Below are positions 55,778 through 59,022 of a stretch of DNA of 59,022 nucleotides, one piece after another. The position numbers and the translations under genes are program-made. The stretch is from contig JAUILT010000003.1 of the NCBI GenBank assembly GCA_030432925.1, forward strand, positions 1 to 59,022, given 5' to 3'. The notes beneath the pieces are model-generated. The model did no database searches and had not been told where the DNA came from. It worked only from the letters and a program-made list of their open reading frames with translations. This stretch comes from Bdellovibrionia bacterium. GTDB taxonomy: Bacteria > Bdellovibrionota > Bdellovibrionia > Bdellovibrionales > UBA1609. Each line of letters opens with the position of its first letter. Position 1 is the first letter of the stretch.

Positions 55778-56842
55778 TCAGAGCTGAGCCGCAGCAGTTT
55801 TAGATTCTATAAACTTTTCTAGATCATATTGTGGGTCTTTTGAGGATTCGAGTTTTTTACACCATGCCATTAGTTTTTGAAAGTTTCTCCCTAGTTTGTT
55901 GTAGAGCTTTTCAAATTGATCGAGGTTGGATTGGTAGGTTTCATAAGACAGTAGTAGAGCATTGTTCAGTCGAAGCTTTTTAAAATATAAGAAGCGCGGG
56001 GTCTTCAATTGAGGTTCGACCTCGTTAGTGAAAGTATCAATGATTTTCTGAAGGCGAGCAGGTCGTTTTTTTAAAATTATTTTCTCATCCTCATTGTCAT
56101 ACCACTTTTTCAACTCTGCCAGCTCCCGAGTAATAAACCCAGAAAACACAGATAGATCTTGATTTTCAAGTTGAGCAGTCTTGAGAACCCCTTGACCTTC
56201 TGAACGATTTTTGAAAAATAACTCAGCCCCTTTGTTACCAATAAAAGTAGCGAGTTGTTCATTAAAGTCCACCTGATCTTTGATAAACAAGGTGGCGTGA
56301 ACAGTCTCATGAATAATCAGGTTCACAAGATCATAGTCTTCGTAGGACATCATGGTGTTGAGTACTGGATCCTCAAACCACCCTAGGGTTGAGTAGGCTG
56401 TAACCCCTCGTATATAAGTGTCTAGATTTTTATTTTTCAGACTTTTGGCCTCACGTTCAGCATCATCTCGAGTGAAATACCCTTTGTAAGGTACATTTCC
56501 GGTGATGGGAAACCACCACTGATAAGGTTCCAATTTGTGCTTTGGTGAGGCTCTGACAACCCAGGTGACATATCTTCTTTTGAGGTCGACATAGGTAGTG
56601 TAATTTTCGGATTCCTTTAGTCCCAGGACTTTATTGGAAAATTCTCGAGCTTGTTGAACTAGGCGAAGTTTTTGTTTTATGGAGTCTGGGGTTTTGGGAT
56701 CTTTTAAAATATCACTGATATCAGTTCTTGATTTAAGAATTTTTGTCTGATGCCAGGAGTTTTTTAGTAGGTAGGGAATCTGACATCCGACCAGTGGCAG
56801 AGCAATAAGGGTTAACACAGCTACTGCTCTCAGAAATTTCAT
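55778..56842 (-). CDS. Putative zinc aminopeptidase lipoprotein (DUF2265-like)
   Basis: I chose the start at Met-28 (56842), which gives MKFLRAVAVLTLIALPLVGC (lipobox). The HExxH motif is IIHETVHATLF. YKGYF and WFEDPVLNTM regions are also present. Confidence 0.65.
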   Translation of the reverse strand: MKFLRAVAVLTLIALPLVGCQIPYLLKNSWHQTKILKSRTDISDILKDPKTPDSIKQKLRLVQQAREFSNKVLGLKESENYTTYVDLKRRYVTWVVRASPKHKLEPYQWWFPITGNVPYKGYFTRDDAEREAKSLKNKNLDTYIRGVTAYSTLGWFEDPVLNTMMSYEDYDLVNLIIHETVHATLFIKDQVDFNEQLATFIGNKGAELFFKNRSEGQGVLKTAQLENQDLSVFSGFITRELAELKKWYDNEDEKIILKKRPARLQKIIDTFTNEVEPQLKTPRFLYFKKLRLNNALLLSYETYQSNLDQFEKLYNKLGRNFQKLMAWCKKLESSKDPQYDLEKFIESKTAAAQL

Positions 56843-56843
56843 A

Positions 56844-57410
56844 TTATAAAAACCAGGAAATTCCCGCTCGACCAGCGTAATCCACAGTGACGGGGTCCTC
56901 ATCGAGTGGGCTTGTCCAAGCATCCACTCCGATTTTGATAGAAAAAGTTTTTGAGATCTTCAGTTTAAAACCCAGTCCTGCGCTGGGAACAGTTCCTGAT
57001 TGTTCACCAATCTTGTCTTTGCTGAAACCGTTGAGTTGGCGGTAAATCTTTTTTTGAATATAAGCTCCTCCCAACTTTAAGTAGGGCTGAAAAACGTCTT
57101 CTCGCTCACCCACTGAAAACACCAGATCCAGTCCTATTAGTGAGAAGTTGGTTTCAGTGACATACTGAGTAGTGATATCTCCTGGTGTCACCACAATTTT
57201 TGAGTAGCCACTGGTGTAACTTAGCTCTAGAGCCGAGCTTTCCATAAAGTAGTAGGAGATACTGCCAGTGTAAGAGGTGGATTCTTGGTAATTTTCGGAG
57301 TTAATGGTGGAGCGTCTATAGTTGGCACTGGAGCCGAGCTCAAGGTATCCAGCATGGGCTGCTGTACAGAATAAGGTTACTATTAAGACTGTTAAAGGCC
57401 ATTTGCTCAT
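56844..57410 (-). CDS. Small outer-membrane beta-barrel protein (OmpW/OMP_b-brl type)
   Basis: It has a signal peptide, alternating hydrophobic beta-strand patterning and an aromatic C-terminus (GISWFL). Confidence 0.6.
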   Translation of the reverse strand: MSKWPLTVLIVTLFCTAAHAGYLELGSSANYRRSTINSENYQESTSYTGSISYYFMESSALELSYTSGYSKIVVTPGDITTQYVTETNFSLIGLDLVFSVGEREDVFQPYLKLGGAYIQKKIYRQLNGFSKDKIGEQSGTVPSAGLGFKLKISKTFSIKIGVDAWTSPLDEDPVTVDYAGRAGISWFL

Positions 57411-57523
57411 CTGTCTTATTCTATCAAATGTCGATCTTGCAAAAGAGTCCAGTGACCAGTTTCAATGACCAAAGTCGGTGGGCAAATGTTGCCGAAAAGG
57501 GCGAGGACGCGACTACGTACAAG

Positions 57524-57547
57524 AAAATTCAAACCGGATTGGTGTTA
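57524..57547 (+). repeat. Copy 6 of the recurrent motif
   Basis: Sequence aaaattcaaaccggattggtgtta. It lies between two minus-strand genes, the OMP start and the TonB-like stop. Confidence 0.7.
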
Positions 57548-57564
57548 CTGCGGCAAACAGTTTT

Positions 57565-58461
57565 CTATTTGTCAGATTCCTCTTTGGCCATATAGACGGG
57601 TCGAAAGTGCACTTTGAATGAATAATTCAAATGAACCATTCTGTCTTCTCGAATCAGGCCATTCGGTGGGTGGTTGAGTGGGGAGGCCTGATAAAAAGCT
57701 TCTACAGCAGCTTGATCTAAGTTTTCGGCACCGCTGCTTGAGAGTACATCCACTTTGACAACCATGCCCTCTTTATCAAGCAGCACTCTGAGAACAGTGG
57801 GCGCAGGAATTTTTGACAGTTGATTAATTACCTTAGGAGAAGCCTCGCGGGCGAACTTTCTAACTCCAGAGATCCAGCGAAATCGAATAGAGTTATTCAC
57901 TCTTTCAAAAAATGAGTAGTAAGTGAACTGGTCTGTGTTCAAGGCCGTAAAGTGACCGCTTTGAATTCCTGGGATATCAAATCCGCTGGTGGATTCTCCT
58001 AAGGCCAGGCTGTTATTCAAGCTGCCGCGAGGACCTGGGCCATTTAAAAGAGGGTTCACTGGGGCTTTTTGTTGCTGGATTCTAGAGGTTTTGGTCTGTT
58101 GATTTTTTGCCTGCAGGTTCAGGTTTTTAGGTGGTGCAAAGCTACGCCCGCCGCCGCCCCGTTGATTTTTGGTTTCGCCTGTTTTATTGCGAGCGATCTG
58201 TTCTTTCTTCACTTGTTTATTATATTTAGAAAGTAAATGATTTCGAGCCTGAAGCTTTTTAAGTAGATTCGCTGGGTCTTCTTCAGTCTCATCGACAATC
58301 TGTCTTGTTTTGAGACTCCTACTATCGAGCCATGTTACTTCAATAGGAACCTCGGCATTTTGGGGCTCAGGTGCCCAATAAATACTCAGTGTTATTGCTA
58401 TGTGAAGTAGCAGGCTGAGCATAAGTGCTTGAAATGATTTTTCAAATCGAGTTTTTCTCAT
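57565..58461 (-). CDS. TonB-like energy-transducer family protein
   Basis: It has an N-terminal TM anchor (ALMLSLLLHIAITLSIYW), a low-complexity Q/K/P/N linker and a C-terminal TonB_C-like segment (VLLDKEGMVVKVDVLSSSGAENLDQAAVEAF). Confidence 0.55.
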   Translation of the reverse strand: MRKTRFEKSFQALMLSLLLHIAITLSIYWAPEPQNAEVPIEVTWLDSRSLKTRQIVDETEEDPANLLKKLQARNHLLSKYNKQVKKEQIARNKTGETKNQRGGGGRSFAPPKNLNLQAKNQQTKTSRIQQQKAPVNPLLNGPGPRGSLNNSLALGESTSGFDIPGIQSGHFTALNTDQFTYYSFFERVNNSIRFRWISGVRKFAREASPKVINQLSKIPAPTVLRVLLDKEGMVVKVDVLSSSGAENLDQAAVEAFYQASPLNHPPNGLIREDRMVHLNYSFKVHFRPVYMAKEESDK

Positions 58462-58493
58462 AAGTCCTTTTTATTTATAGCAATTGTGATGCC

Positions 58494-58520
58494 TAAAGTT
58501 GAGACATTTTCAACCGATAA
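58494..58520 (+). promoter_or_regulatory. Sigma-28 (FliA)-type promoter
   Basis: TAAAGTTG - 11 nt - ACCGATAA, compared with the consensus TAAAGTTT-N11-GCCGATAA. It ends 23 nt upstream of the PilZ ATG. Confidence 0.65.
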
Positions 58521-58543
58521 GAGAGTATATAATAGGGGGAGAT

Positions 58544-59022
58544 ATGGATTCAAAGGGCAATGTCATTGATTTGGCTGAAAAGCGTGCTCAGCGCAAAATG
58601 AAGACCAAGAGTTCATCAATAAATACCCAGGCGCCCGTTGTAGATATGACAGAGCGGCGAAATGCAATTATTCAGCAAGAGAGAAGACGTGTTCGTAGAA
58701 CGATCCTGACGGAGTTTATTGGAGCATTTGTTGTTGTACCTGGTGAGGGTCTAATGAAGGTTTCTCTTTACGATATTTCAGAGACGGGGATTGCCTTTGA
58801 TTTAGAGCAAGACAAGGGCCAGTTCAAGGCAGGTGAGGAAGTGGCTGTGCGAGTGTATATGAATCAAAGCACTTACTTTCCTTTTACAGTTAAAATCAAT
58901 AACCTGCGCGATGTAGATGATGAGTCTGTGGTTCGTCATGGTGCCAATTTTATTTTGGGAACAGTCAATGAAATTGCTCTTTTTCACTTTGTGAAGTTTA
59001 TTGAAACCGTGAGCGCCTCATT
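58544..59022 (+). CDS. PilZ-domain c-di-GMP receptor (runs off the right edge of the window; absent from the ORF track)
   Basis: I translated this by hand from ATG 58544, which follows GGGGGA. The product reads MDSKGNVIDLAEKRAQRK...QERRRVRRTIL...LYDISETGIAF... It carries both PilZ signatures, RxxxR (RRRVRR) and D/NxSxxG (DISETG). No stop codon occurs before 59022. Confidence 0.75.
   Translation, partial: MDSKGNVIDLAEKRAQRKMKTKSSSINTQAPVVDMTERRNAIIQQERRRVRRTILTEFIGAFVVVPGEGLMKVSLYDISETGIAFDLEQDKGQFKAGEEVAVRVYMNQSTYFPFTVKINNLRDVDDESVVRHGANFILGTVNEIALFHFVKFIETVSAS

Noticed and set aside
1-59022. Search for CRISPR arrays, tRNA/rRNA genes, transposases or integrases, toxin-antitoxin pairs, restriction-modification or other known defence modules
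   Set aside because: I found none: no spaced direct-repeat arrays, no cloverleaf-like or rRNA-like segments in the spacers, and no ORF with recombinase, nuclease-helicase or TA-like motifs. The window reads as core metabolism, envelope and signalling genes.

Overview
The window is 59 kb and densely coding, with about 58 CDS. I saw no rRNA, tRNA, CRISPR array, transposase, integrase or phage genes.

It appears to be two blocks joined inside an ORF.
- Block 1 (1 to ~3050) is AT-rich and looks Bacteroidota-like. It holds peptidoglycan-recycling genes: a GHL10-type lipoprotein, AmpG, and the first ~70 codons of a GH3/NagZ-like gene.
- Block 2 (~3060 to 59022) looks like a Bdellovibrio-type predatory bacterium. 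That assignment is an inference from gene content: an FHA-GGDEF DgcB-like cyclase next to an RpoE-like ECF sigma factor, and a textbook sigma-28 promoter in front of a PilZ gene.

Contents of block 2, in order:
- Last ~75 codons of a DppA-like binding protein, then dppB/dppC-like permeases.
- Shikimate genes aroB, aroA, a fused aroK-aroD-aroE gene, and aroC.
- ubiE/menG and a type I-beta DAHP synthase on the minus strand.
- menF-menD-menH-(small ORF)-menA-menC-menE.
- Two exported proteins of unknown function.
- An MnmD-like methyltransferase, a TIGR01212 radical SAM protein, an Rsm22-like methyltransferase and a GT9 heptosyltransferase.
- A methionine-salvage trio: MtnB-like, mtnA, mtnP.
- An exported CHI-like protein, an orphan PGM1-like ATP-grasp ligase, and gcvP.
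- An H1-tailed small protein, an EpmA-like ligase, and IHF/HU.
- A FemAB-like acyltransferase and a GT4 glycosyltransferase.
- An OpuC-type osmoprotectant ABC system.
- GT-like, mutT, pyrD and gdh on the minus strand.
- A heptose kinase, rlmN and a PfkB kinase.
- A coiled-coil protein, a pseudo-REC GGDEF protein, a metallophosphoesterase and pgi.
- The FHA-GGDEF cyclase, then the ECF sigma factor with a small putative anti-sigma partner.
- A DUF2265 aminopeptidase, an OMP and a TonB-like protein.
- A 5'-partial PilZ gene at the window edge.

No recognisable defence or mobile system is present. The items I rate most worth follow-up are:
1. A ~20-nt motif (consensus AAAATTCAAACCGGATCGGTATA) that recurs at gene 3' ends. 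I do not recognise it.
2. The orphan PGM1-like ATP-grasp gene. It has an N-terminal hydrophobic segment and is bracketed by two direct copies of that motif.
3. A secreted protein with six Cys-rich repeats.
4. A shikimate locus collinear with the eukaryotic AROM polypeptide.
5. The in-frame chimeric junction near position 3050.

All homology calls come from reading motifs by eye. No searches were run.
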